A stretch of 59,399 nucleotides of DNA, filler included, from Sphacelaria rigidula (lineage: Eukaryota): the NCBI GenBank assembly GCA_964200075.2. It is 8 parts of 8 records of this genome, joined end to end, with 100 filler letters (N's around TTAATTAATTAA, not from the genome) between each part and the next. Parts side by side here need not be neighbours in the genome. Positions count along the whole stretch, not along the records: positions 7,439 to 14,776 come from CAXNAA020015368.1; positions 14,877 to 22,214 come from CAXNAA020015369.1; positions 22,315 to 29,651 come from CAXNAA020015370.1; 5 more parts are not named here. One strand, given 5' to 3'. Position 1 is the stretch's first letter; every line of letters starts with the position of its first letter. The notes below the pieces were generated by a model, which worked only from the letters and a program-made list of their open reading frames with translations, made no database searches and was not told the origin of the DNA. Both the position numbers and the translations under genes were made by a program. Of the stretch, positions 10,495 through 22,690 are shown piece after piece.

Positions 10495-13400
10495 TTATGA
10501 CTGTAGTCTCTGGTCCCTAGGGTATATTGATGGTGTCATCGAAAGTTTGGCGTCTAGCAAGTACGGGGTTCTTCTATAGTGCGGTCGAATGATCGTGCGT
10601 CGCAACTCCGTGTCGTACACCGCATTTTGGTTGTAGTTGAAGTGTACCGTGTAGCTCAGTATTTTCCTGCTTTGGATGCTCCACAACCACAGTGAAGTTA
10701 GTGATTCGTCAGTCATTGATCGTGTCAGCTTTTTTTTTGCACTTCAGAAACAACGGTTCGATCTTGCTCTGGGTGATGCAAATAACTAAGCACTCGTGAT
10801 TTCTTCTCATCTTTCGGAGCGACAAAATCGTCCGTATAGAGTTTCTCGCTGGTGCAATCAATTGATGCCACGCAATATTTTCAGGCATTCGTTGAACCTC
10901 CGGGGCTCTAGGCAAACATTCGGCCAAAGGCGTAAAGAGGGAATCGCTCCGCGGCCGTGGTGCTCTATGCGGTTTTGAGCGCATCAAGTGCGATCAAAAT
11001 CGCCGTACACGCGGCACACAGTCGTCTTAATGCCAACATAACTGCTCATTTTAGGGTATTTTGGCCGGAGTAAAATGTGGAAATGATTTGTTTTTTTCGG
11101 TACCATGTCACAGTTGGGGGTTGTCAGGACGCAGTTGACAGGGCGCGAAAAGCATGTGATGAGACGATGACGCAAATCATGGATTGCGGTGTATGTCGCG
11201 GTTACGTAGTATACCATTCCTGCTGAATACACCTACGGGTGGTGAGTCTCGGACTAATTTTCGCACATTGACGATACCTCAGTACATGGGGGGTCCCAGT
11301 TTAGGGCGGTGAGTCGGTGTTCCGGTATAATCGCACTATACGGGTACTCTGCACTATACCGGCATCCTCAATGCTCATATTAATATATAGTGGTTGGGCT
11401 TGCAGCTAGTGGAATTGACCGCACTGTGATGCGACCTCGCACTCTAGAAAACGGGTGTTGAATTTCCGGCTCCCCCGTCACTGACGGGATCCATCCGAAA
11501 ATGGAAAGGCAACATTCTGTCGGGATTGGCCACAACGCGCACCGCGCAGTATCTCGTGTAAAATGGAGGTATAGAAGGTATGTCGGATGGACACCAACCA
11601 GGAAGGGGGTAAGGGTAGGGGCGGCGGTACCCAGCCCCTACCCTGTAAAGAGGGCAGGGGGAAAGAGGGATACTCTGCTTGCGCTATGGTAGCGATGGCA
11701 GGTGCCCGTGTGGGAGGCCTGAGGCATTTCGGTTGTTTATTCGCTGAGAGAAATGAAAGTAGAGGCTCACGGAGCTGGGGTGTGGCACTTGTTTGGTTTC
11801 AGATGTTTACATGTTATCGTGTATATATGGACGTAAGGGTGTGGCGGCTTTGTAGCAGTTTTGCTCCCCCCCCTCCCCTCCCTACTTCTCCGTGGCTGTT
11901 TTTATAGATTCACTCACGAATGAGGATTGCGATGACGGGGTGCGGGACCCTCTCGGCCTACCCACTGTGAAAGCGAGACGCTGCGAGATGTCCTGCAGGT
12001 GTCGGGTGGGCGGTATTTCCATGATGTAATGTGATTGGGTAACACAGTTGCAGGTGAACTTTATCGGAATTCCTGGAGGATGTGGTCGGATTGATTTTCT
12101 CGGGTATTCTCATAAGTTATACGGAGAATCTTCTCGAGGTTGAGTGAGCGAAGGTGAACCTATTTTTTTCTTCTCTTCTCATTTTGTTTCGGATCACCTG
12201 CATATTTTTATATAAATATACATATAGTCCGGAGTGAATGGGTATAATTGCTGGGCACGCAAGGACTCTTCCACGCTAGTGCAGTGGTTTGTCCTGGTAC
12301 ATGCGGGAGATGCCGAACACATGGCAAGCAGTTCGTGCTTTCTTCGGCTTGAGGGAGTGAAACAAATGTCTAGGAATTTCTCCTAAATCATCAGGACGGA
12401 TGGACGTCGCCATCGCGGTGCGGCAGGTATTTGTAGTGCTCTTTCCTTTTTTTTTGTGCTTTCGTCTTCCTGTTCCGTTTTTTCGTCTTTGGCATGGGCG
12501 TGGCACGGAGTGGATAGTGCTTGTAGCACGCTAAGCCTTGCGCCCGCAATGTGTTCAGCCCACATCTCTTGCCACTCATGCTTTTTTGTTTTTTGTTTCG
12601 TCCCCAGAAGACAGCTTGGAACCTCTACCATGAACTTCGCTACTTGAAGTTTTGCGCTGTGCTCTTCCTTTTGGTGCGCTTCACCTCACCGTCTCTTTCG
12701 TACCCAACCGTAACGCTGAATAATCCTTGGGGGGTAGGGTGTACGGGTAGACACCACGGAGTGCCCCCTCACCCAGGTAGTCTCGAACTTGGAAAGTATT
12801 TCTCGTCCTCAACGAGGAAGGGTCTTCCTCACCAAGCTAACCTCCTTCAAGATCCCCCCAGCTCGACTCCGTACGCGAGTTACCCTACCCATCCGGGCGT
12901 ATGCCCTCAAGGCTGTTTTTCCAATTTCACAAAGTGATTTTGGTTTCTCCTCCGGGTAAAAAATCGACGAACCGTTTTTTTGGGACAGGATTTCTGCGAC
13001 TCGATTTCTGCGACATTTTTGTGCTAGATTTTTCCACTCTATAACCCCTATTGATTTCGTTTTTTTGCGGATAACTTTGTTAAACAGACACCAAACGCAT
13101 CCTGCTCCAAGGAGCACCTGGACACACAGCAGTTGCTGCTGCCTACCGAGTATCATCCTCCGAATAGAAGTCTTGAGTGAGAACGCCTAGCATTTGGTGC
13201 CCATGTACAAGGAAGGATGACCTACATCTAGTATCATGCTTCAAAGCGTACCCGACAAAGGGGCAACATCCCCGTACAGACAGTAGCAATGCCAGCGGAT
13301 CCTACGTCCTGACAGTCTGGCAGCCGGCAAGGTGGTTATGGTAGTGTCCTTCTCGCGATATCAACTTACAGTGCACTGGAGGAGAGTTTGCGGGTGAATA

Positions 13401-13659
13401 TTTCGGCGATTGCCTCACTTGCAGTTTGCCCACATGTTGCGGATTTTTTTTCACGATAATACTGAGTAGCATTACATAGATTTACAAGGTTCCCCTTCGA
13501 GAGGTTGGTACGGACCTCCCGGGGGTGACGCAAGTCGAAATATGTATACACACTAGACCAACGCTAATCCATCTACAGATGGTGTAGCCCTGCATGCAGG
13601 ACTATCTCCAGGTCACCTGTTTACAGTTCGTGGTGTGGTGTTCTGTGAGCTTGATGGCA

Positions 13660-13876
13660 TCGTGTGCGTCGACTTTGAGCTTGGGAGTAAACACACCTCT
13701 GTGGCTTCCAAGGTTTACAGAGAGTTCAACAAATCTCCTCGGGCAGTCTACCCGACACCCGATTGATGGCATCGAGTGCGTTGGCTTTGAGCCTGGAGCG
13801 TAAACACAGCTTCGTGGCTCCCAAGGTACACAGACAGTTCAACAAAATCTCCTAAAGCAGTTTAGCGGACACCCGA
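13660..13876. repeat. Diverged tandem duplication (~110-bp unit x2)
   Basis: GCGT..CTTTGAGC..GTAAACACA..GTGGCT.CCAAGGT..ACAGA.AGTTCAACAAA.TCTCCT..GCAGT..GACACCCGA occurs twice. Confidence 0.8.
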
Positions 13877-14647
13877 GGAACTTTCTTCGTGGTTGGAAGT
13901 TTCCTATGAACAGAAGCCGTGGGTCTTGTTCTAGGTAGAACGATTATAAGGATTGTTGGGTTCCCATAATTAACCATTTTACCAATCAGCTCATGCGACT
14001 TGTGTTTGCTGCTGACTAAGGCCAAGACAATGTCTAATTGTTTTCAACTGCTTCGCTGTCATGTTCTCGTGATATTCGCTGCATAACTGCTGTCTTCGTG
14101 CTCCCAAATCAATGAAAACGCGACAAAGAGACACGGTGGAAAGAACTCCGCCAAAGTTTATCCTGTTCGAACGAACCCTATCCTTTGTGGCTCGGATTCC
14201 TGTTTGGATTCTCCTGACCTTGAAAAGGCTTATGTGGTTCGAGATCGACACCCCGCGAAAAAGAGCCAATTCGAGCGACTTTCGGTGACCAGAATATGCA
14301 CCACAGGTATCAGATGATACCCAAACCTGAACGGTAATGTACCGCTGCGCTTTCTTCGTGCGCTGCAAAAGAAGGCACGGGGGAGAATGCCTTGCTGCCA
14401 GAGAAGACTCGGCAAAAGTGGTGAAAAACGTTGAATAATGCATGTAAATATATGTAAATATATGCGGAAATGTACCAGACCCCTCGTTACATTGTAAGTG
14501 GAGATGTAACAGATCCTGTATTATATGTGGAAATGTACCCAACCGTGGACGATGTTGAAAGTGTAAACGGGTGGCCACTGGGGTCTGTAACCTGGCCATT
14601 TTGGGACCTTATTCACCTTTGGCAAGGTCCGCGGGTTGGGTAGACAA

Positions 14648-14776
14648 CTGCAGAGCATTCGCACAGCATGAACAGGATCGAAACAAAGCATGTTCCAGTC
14701 TACAGGGGAGTCACCCGCCTATAGACTGGGACATGTTTTGTTTCGATCCTGTCCATGCTGTGCGAATGCTCTGCAG
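14648..14776. repeat. 129-bp near-perfect foldback (MITE-like hairpin) at contig end
   Basis: CTGCAGAGCATTCGCACAGCATG... / ...CATGCTGTGCGAATGCTCTGCAG; ~59-bp arms with 4 transition mismatches. Confidence 0.9.
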
Positions 14777-14876
14777 NNNNNNNNNNNNNNNNNNNNNNNN
14801 NNNNNNNNNNNNNNNNNNNNTTAATTAATTAANNNNNNNNNNNNNNNNNNNNNNNNNNNNNNNNNNNNNNNNNNNN
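14777..14876. other. Artificial contig spacer
   Basis: Same N44-TTAATTAATTAA-N44 linker. Confidence 0.99.
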
Positions 14877-15016
14877 CCCACCGAAAAACCTAAAGAGAAG
14901 TGCTCGGTTTCGGTTTCGGTCCGTTTTTTTTTTTTAAACCGACCGAAATCGACCGACTTTTTCGAAAAAAACCGAAAAACCGACCGAGCCATTTTCAGCT
15001 TCGGTTTACAACACTG
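14877..15016. mobile_element. Right end of a non-autonomous DNA transposon (hAT-like terminus)
   Basis: Clustered subterminal ACCGA/TCGGT motifs ending in TCGGTTTACAACACTG (reverse complement CAGTGTTGTAAACCGA). Confidence 0.55.
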
Positions 15017-18000
15017 CTGACGGGATAACCAGCGCTATCTCCACCGCCATGACGTATCGTCGCCCCAATGATACGTCGTCGCCCCGTCCACGACATATGA
15101 AGTGTGCAGTGGGGAGTTCATCGTAGTTGTGGTCGGTGGCGGGCGATTATCGAAATACTTCAGAAAAGCGGACAAATTAAAAAAAACAAGGTCGAAGTTT
15201 TGCCAATATATTCCCCGAGTATGGGCAATTTCGTCATCGAGATTCTTCAGTCAGTGTCGCCTCTTGTTTTTTTCCAATGGGGGCATCCCCAAAACTAAAT
15301 ATTTTTTTGTTGAAAGAAAACTGTATGGTTGTAACACACCCCACGATAGCATCGCGAGCACCTCCGTTGCGGAGGTACGATCCGCAACCCACAATAGACC
15401 TCACGGGTGGCACAGAGTAAGTATATGTATGCACATTGATTGATTGTCGTACATTACTCGACTGATTTTCCAGGGATCCAGCCATGGTCGCATGATGTAC
15501 GTGGCCGAGATAAACACAGAGCAAATACTTGAAGGAGAAAACTGAAAAAAAACGTATGGTTGGAACAGACAAAGCGCACTGAGAGAGAAGACGATAAGAG
15601 AAACGGCCGGCTACTGCAAGATGACTTCCGGTGGAAAAGGTCTTGAGCGAAAGTATGTGCTCTCAAGAAGAACAATCGGAAACAAAGAAAAGCCGCGGGA
15701 AAAGATCGCGGCTCATCTATTTCTGCCATGGTTTATTTGGTATGAGCTTTCACCCATGAACCCTACGGAAGCGAGGCACCAAACTGCGATAATACGATTT
15801 GCATACACAGGGAGGGGAAAACACAGAGACAGAGACAGAGACAGATGGTGATGTTTGCGACATTTGCGACATTTGCACCACGAAAGCAAGATGACCACCA
15901 AGGTCGCCTTGCATCCAAACTTGACGTACACTAAAGAGTTGTGCACACGTCGCACAGCTCGTGAGTCACCTCATCTGCGGGCTGTATCTCACTTGTAGTC
16001 AAAACCTGTACTTGTGAGCTATCTCCGATAGCTCACCCAGGGTTCACGTGCGCTGATGAGCTACGGGTTGGCAGCTCACTCACCCAGGGCAAACATGCGT
16101 ACGGTAGTGGGCGGTCTAACTATTCAGCGGGGTTTTGGGGTTTTCCTCGCGTACTACTCTTCGATAGAACTCGAAATTGCTAGCGCCGGTAGATTTTGGT
16201 ACAATGAACAGGTCATCATCGTAAACACTGCCCAAGTCAGTGCTGGTTGGTGTTATCGGGCGAAACGAGTAAATGCCCAGTTCATCAGGAGGGTGTTATT
16301 GGCCGTGAAACACAGTTTTTCTGCTCTAGTGCAAGGAGTAGGCAGAATTTCAAAGAAATATAACTGTACATTTTCATAGAAAAACGATCGAGATAGGCTC
16401 GATCGACCGAAAATACAGAAGAGTAAGAGTCTGCGCTGAAACGTCGCAGGACCCCCGATAACCGGTCAGTCCGTAATTCACTCGATATTGAGGACATATG
16501 TTTTTTTTTTATTTCTTAGAGTGTGGAGGGGATACAAATATCTTCAGATCCCCGATGTGAGAGGCGGTGGCAAGCGAAAAGAGCCCAAGAAAATCGCCAA
16601 TTACGAAGAAATCACAAAATGCCTCAAAATGAAAAGTTAGACGGCCCACTACTGTAGCTCATGTAGCTCTCATAGATACTCATAGCTACAAGAGAGCTAG
16701 AATAGCTCGAGCTGCAGGGAGTTGATGTGTCCGACGTATAGGGTTTTGGGGTTCGGCTGATACTCATTTCAAACGATGAACCACGAAATGAGACCTTCAA
16801 ACCGGTTTTGTTCACGACTCCGGAGAGTTTCACGCCCAGAATTTTTGAACAAAGTCGAAGTATTGGACATTTTCAGCGCTACCAACTCAAGAACCTGATG
16901 CTTTCTCGATACTAGCTATTGAAATGTGGACTTCTCCTACTCGTACGCTGAAGGGGTCCTCGTGACCGCCTCAACCAGCCGACTGCAACGCTATGCTCGG
17001 CTTGCCCTGATTGAAATGCCGTTTTAAAGAAAATGACCATCTGATGAAACGTATTTTTCCTGGCCGCCAGCTTGTATAGCGTAGGGAACAAAACCACAAA
17101 CTCAAGACACTCATGTAACAAATAAATCGGACAAATTATAACTTAGTTAAGGTCGCACCTGCCTGAGTTGAAAACTCGTCATGAAACAAGTATTTGAGAA
17201 AACATTTTCTTCAAGAACGCGCAAGATTCGAACGTGTGAATCTGTCACTGCTACAGGGCATGTTCCGGCCCCCGATCTAAATGTACATGTCTTTGGCGAC
17301 AAGTACCATGGGTTGTGGACTATGCTCTTACTGCGGTACGGTACGGATGTGTCGCTTTTCTTGGTACGATTTCTTAGATAATTACGGTAGAGTGCAGAGT
17401 GGTGATCGCAGTCTGCGGTACGGTGCGGTACGGTACGATACCGGAGAACTTGCGGTACGTTCTCCTCGGTAAATGGGAAATACGGTTTTTCGCGATACAG
17501 CGCTTTATGGGTGCTGGATTTTGCAAAAAGTATGGCGGTACCATGGATGATTCTCGAATACCGCAGTGAACCGTGGTTTTTTGGCCGCGGTAGAAACACT
17601 GAGGACAGCCTTATTGAATCCGCAACCTGCTTGGGGCAAGGATTGCCCTCGATGAGCCCTGCTGCGGCTATGGCAGAATGCTGTGTATCTGTATACATCG
17701 ATACGCAAATCTACGAGAAGCCCGGTAGCGTGTCTTGCGCCCGGCTGGATTGATCCCAATTTGGCCGCGGATCGACCGCTAGACGTACATGGGTAACCGT
17801 TCCTTTTGCTATTAGTCGTTAATGTCATGCCATCGACCGCTGGGCATACATTGACAAAATAGTACTTTGCCGCTATCCGTCAAGGATGTTCTGTTATATG
17901 TACCAGGAAGAAGGGGTCACAGAGATATGGCATCTTGCTGGCACTGGGGGGTTGTATTCACGAGCAGAGAGAAACTGCTCAGCTCGACAGTTTCCCTTTG

Positions 18001-18871
18001 GTTGCCGGCGTTTAGGGGCACCGGTCGATGTTTTCTTGCGAAATGAACCCGCGGCCTTTTCGGGTGAAAGATGCTCCCTTGACCTCAAAATGAAATTGAC
18101 AAAACAAGGAAGATCTTGGATGTGTTGGTGTTTCGGGAAATGGATCCTCGACTACTCGCACGTGCCACATCCAAGTGGTGAGACCTGCGGTACTACTGTC
18201 GGGTAAATGGCGTCGTCCACGTCTAGAGCGGGGTCTCGGCATCGTGCGGTCATGCAGGGACTGGCAGCTACCGATTGTACGCACGAGAACCACCCTCACG
18301 GCAGATTTAATCTCATTAGTTGTGCTTCCGGTATTGTGAGGCGAATCTCGACTGGAAAGAAGTATCCACTCGACATCATCAATGGCAGCGATATGCTAAA
18401 TTCTGAAAGTTCGGATGCCTTGCTTTCCAAAGTTCGGAAGATTGATGACAAGTGTGGGGAGATGCATGGCGGGGATTTCGTTCGCGGCCGCTGCCGCACT
18501 TTATCGAACGCAACGGCCGTACCGGGAAGACACTTATCACCAAAACACTCGTTCAAGGGTGGCTAAAGATGTTCCAGAAATAACACTGCGACCACCGTAC
18601 CCGTGGACATTTTCGTTGCATTTCACGTGATCACTTGTGTACAATCAAAGTGCAGTAGTATTGAAAAAATACGCGCTTCTTCTAATATCGTTCTCCTCCG
18701 GTAGGCACGTTGATCAATGAATCGTCCCCTCCCCTCCCCAAAATGAGATGCAAGGTCAACGGTCATGGTATCACAGTGTGCAACATCATGAGTGTCAGCT
18801 CCCCCGAATGAGCCAATGAAGTCTTGCACGTTAATTCTGTTGTTCTTGGCATGACCCCACACACTAAACAG

Positions 18872-19030
18872 GTGGAGATGGCGGACAGTACCTTCAAGAG
18901 TAAGGAGGAGACAGAGGTTGGGCGAGACAAGTACGTGTCCGTTCTCGCGGTACTTCTGGCCGGGTCGTTCGTCATCCCCATGGTTCAGTACTGGTGGTAC
19001 ATCCGCGACGACGACAGGCCGATCGAGTGA
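18872..19030 (+). CDS. TLP18.3: Last exon of a TLP18.3/Psb32-like (TPM-domain) thylakoid protein: C-terminal membrane anchor
   Basis: AAACAG|GTG; VEMADSTFKSKEETEVGRDKYVSVLAVLLAGSFVIPMVQYWWYIRDDDRPIE* matches the S.FK.KEET...LL...FV.PM.QY..Y C-terminus of plant TLP18.3 and cyanobacterial Psb32 (recalled). Upstream exons not found in this contig. Confidence 0.75.
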   Translation: MEMADSTFKSKEETEVGRDKYVSVLAVLLAGSFVIPMVQYWWYIRDDDRPIE

Positions 19031-20139
19031 AATGAAACATGAGCCACTATCTAGTAATAACCACGCGTCGGCATCATCCCATTTTTTGGGACGGGGAGGG
19101 GTTGCATCTATGGTTGTACGTGTCCTTGACTGGATTGATTCACGCGTGTGTATCAGGACGTTGATTAGAATTTGCCGTGGTGCTGCCTTCCCGCTTGAGT
19201 TTGACCTTTTTAGGCGCCCCCGCCCCCTCCCCGCCGATAGTCGCGGATAATCACATAGTCTTCTTCCACCCTCGGCGACGCTATAGTTATCAGCAACGAT
19301 TTGTAAGGAAACCTGCTGTTGTGGCGGATCGCCGCAGGTCATGACCTTGAGATTCAGGATTGAACGGTTCAGCTCAGGGTCATGTTTGAGTGTCGATTTG
19401 CAGGCGCAAGTGCATGTTCTGGTGGATGGGGGGGGGGGGGGGGATTTTTTAGCGTTCGGGGTCAGATGTAGTGACGAGGGTACTCTGAAATGGTTGGGCT
19501 GACAAGGCGCGTATAAAACACAGATGAGCTGGGGGAGTGCGATCTGATTTTGTGTTGCGCAGGCAGGCGCAACATGGCCACGAAGGCGCATTGCCTCCGT
19601 TGAGTGGAGGCAGTTGGTGTAGTGTCGCAAGAGTGGTGTGTGCATGCGAGATAAATAATCCCTCGTCACATTGCTCAATACACAAGTTGTGAATCCCGCC
19701 CAATTATTGCGCCCTTCGAGTGTGCGCGATTTCACGTGCGCCTTGCAGAACTTGTTGGACTCTGAGTGTGTGTGGGCAAGCTCATGATGATGGTCAAGCG
19801 CAACTCTGTGACGACATAGGCTGTGGGTCCGTTTGTCTATTCATAATGCCACGGCTGGGTCAAAATCATGAAATAATTTATTTCAAGAACGAACTCGATT
19901 GTCGCAAGACATCTGCGTACGTACAGTTACGAGCGGATTCGAGTACCCATTTCACAGGCTGTTATATATTTCAACTACAGTAGTTGCAGTCATCAGTGAA
20001 CACTGCACCCCTGGGGGCAAAGGCGTCCCGCAACTCTTGCGGCTTGGCCTGGCAACTTCGAGTTCTACAATATCCTCAAGGTCTCAGCCAAGGAGAAAAA
20101 GTGCATCGTTTTGAGTCATCCTACGAGGGGTGTGTGTGC

Positions 20140-20335
20140 TCAGGCAAGTTCTTGCACGAAATTCCAAGTCAAATCGTCCTTGAAAGCAGCAACGGTTGTT
20201 TGAACGAGCTTGTGATGGGTATGTAATGCTCTTTCATTCTGCTTGACATCATTTTCAACCAAATACAAGCGCACCGCGAGTGTGGCAGGTCGTCTGACAC
20301 ACCTATGAGCCTCTTTTTTCGTGCAATCAACTACG
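20140..20335 (+). repeat. Dispersed repeat copy (related copies at 21935-22125 and 42690-42780)
   Basis: Shared CACGAAAT...GAAAGCAGCAA.GGTTGTT.GAACG...CGCACCGCGAGTGTG.CAGGTCGTCTGACAC.CCTATGAG...TTCGTGCAATCA. Confidence 0.85.
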
Positions 20336-21934
20336 CCTCCCTGTATGAAATGATGAGACACCCATGAGGCAGTGTATAGGCCGTGGCTGTCTCTGGAAGT
20401 GGCGATCCCAGATGATGAAGCAACTCATTGTAGGCTATCATCCAAATGCAAGAGTGACCCATCAGGGTGAGATCTGCGACATGTTCGGCGTTTCTCCCGC
20501 CGTCCGAAAGCTCGATGTTCGCATGCCGCAGGTGACAACCTCAGGGTTAGGATGAGACCCCAGGGGAAGTCCTGAAATAACGGATGGTCTTATTGGAAAG
20601 CAGTCCTTTAGTGTAGCGGGTATAAAGCGTTCAAGCCAGAAAATTTCGATTTTGAACACGGAAAGATGTACTACGATACCCCTCAATGCTATTCTACATG
20701 TTTCATCCAGAGCGATGTTCCCCAAATACTCCCACAGTTGTCACAAATCCTATCTGAGAGGGAGGGTGCCAGCGCTCTCCGTCGCTGGATCAGACCCTGT
20801 TTGAGACCGTCAGGAGCTATATTCAAACTTCAGCTGAAGCGAGTTTTAAATTCAAAGAATCGGCTCGGATTTTGCAAGCGCGTTGCACTACAGTAGTATT
20901 GTTCGACAGCCTAACCGCGAAACCGGTTCTCAACACAGTCACGGCGGAAGTGGCCATACAAGCCGTGATAGCTGGCTCAGACCGGATGAAGCACCTCGCA
21001 TGGGCACTACTGGCGAAACAACCCCGAACGTAGGACCAACCCTTACCCTCGTTGCGTGTCTGCAACTCTATTGTGGAGCATCCATTTTATCCATCTGACG
21101 ACTGTGCTGTGGTGATGCTGCACTCTGGTGAATGATTGCTGAGTGATGCTGCGTTTTAAAGATCGCTGGCGTCTGTCGCCGCATTGGATCCTTTCGCCGA
21201 CGGCGGCCGTCGCCGGCGCAACAGTATGAAGTCTCTCTCAGATACTCAACAAGAGGCCCTCGAAAACTCGATGGCTAGTCCGAAGGAGCATGTTTTGAGC
21301 ATGCTTTGTTACGTATTCCGTAGCGCTTAGACGCAGGTCCTGCTCACAAGATGTCGCACAATTAGTGACGGCGGTTTTTCTGTTGGACTGCTCATCATCA
21401 TGCTTGCGCTGCCGTGCAGAAACTTCTGGGTTAGGGTTACATGGTCGAAACCGGTTGCGAATCCCGAGGCTTTTGGACAAAACAAATGAAATTTCGATGG
21501 TCCGTTGAACCTCACCCAAATAAATGTTGAACATCAAAAACGAATCCAGGCTGTTAACATGGCTGCCGATCAATTTCAGGCAGGTAGAACTGGGTCGACG
21601 AAGGCTTTCATCAAGACGTCAGTTGTTTTCACTGAAATCTGGCGAACAGAAGAGGGAGAGATGACGTTGTTTCAATGGCATAGATCAGCGGCGATGACAA
21701 ACCAAGAGAGGTGACTTTGTCTCTCTTTGACTCATACACTATAGCTAGATGCCTCTGCGTGTTATCATCAGCCCTTATTGGGATGTGGGGTACAAAGGGC
21801 AGGCTAGCAGAACATCGGTATAGCCAGAACAGCCCTGGGCGTGTGGAGATACAGTACATGTGCCCGAAATCATCCCTACCCCCGTGTAAAATGTACAGCG
21901 ACCTCTCATGCTACGATAGGGGGAGGGGTATTTT

Positions 21935-22125
21935 GGGCCACTTCTTCCACGAAATCGCACATCACACAGTTCTGGAAAGCAGCAAAGGTTGTTCGAACGC
22001 GATTGTTAACGACAAATGACGCTTTTTCATACTATGTGACACCGTTTTCACCGCAGTACAATCGCACCGCGAGTGTGTCAGGTCGTCTGACACGCCTATG
22101 AGTCCTTTTCTTCGTGCAATCACCC
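21935..22125 (+). repeat. Dispersed repeat copy (see 20140-20335)
   Basis: Direct similarity to 20140-20335. Confidence 0.85.
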
Positions 22126-22214
22126 TCCCCTCTACCCCCCCCCCTCCTCACCTCTAGACTCTTGGGTTGGCGTCGAGTGGCAACGGCGCTGTGAAACAAG
22201 CCGCCAAAACCTAG

Positions 22215-22314
22215 NNNNNNNNNNNNNNNNNNNNNNNNNNNNNNNNNNNNNNNNNNNNTTAATTAATTAANNNNNNNNNNNNNNNNNNNNNNNNNNNNNN
22301 NNNNNNNNNNNNNN
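22215..22314. other. Artificial contig spacer
   Basis: Same linker. Confidence 0.99.
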
Positions 22315-22377
22315 CCTTTCCCCCCCAGCCTGGTCCGGCGAGAACCCGGTGCGCTCCGTCCCGGCTTAGTAGGGGCG

Positions 22378-22690
22378 GACCCCCGATGGGGTTGGCGTCG
22401 GTTTGCGATGCCGCTGTGAAACACGCCACTTACTGCGTCAGCTAGGCAACCAGGTCACCGTCGTTTTTTCCGCGCGCTTGCGTTTTTTTGCGGTAGCCAT
22501 GATGGTAGTCGAACTAGCTCATGTTGTGCGGCGTGGGAATTAATGTCGATGATCGTTTCACGCAGTGTTTATATGGGGAGACACCCATGAGACAGTGTGT
22601 CAGCCGTGTCTGTCTCTGGAGGTGGCGACACCATTAAATAAAGCAACTTATTGTAGGCTGCTCTTCAAATGCAAGATAATCAGTAGGCTT
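22378..22690 (+). mobile_element. High-copy interspersed repeat, probably a non-LTR element UTR/SINE; longest copy in the window
   Basis: GGGTTGGCGTC...GCTAGGCAACCAGGT.ACCG...CATGTTGTGCGGCGTGGGA...CACCCATGAG...TGTCTCTGGA.GTGGCGA...AAAGCAACT.ATTGT.GGCT...CAAATGCAAGA. Partial copies at 20355-20455, 22164-22214, 29560-29651, 36861-37088 and 41856-41897. Confidence 0.85.

Noticed and set aside
18623..19735. 370-aa minus-strand ORF
   Set aside because: Antisense to the TLP18.3-like exon and its 3' region; no domain or coding-like composition.
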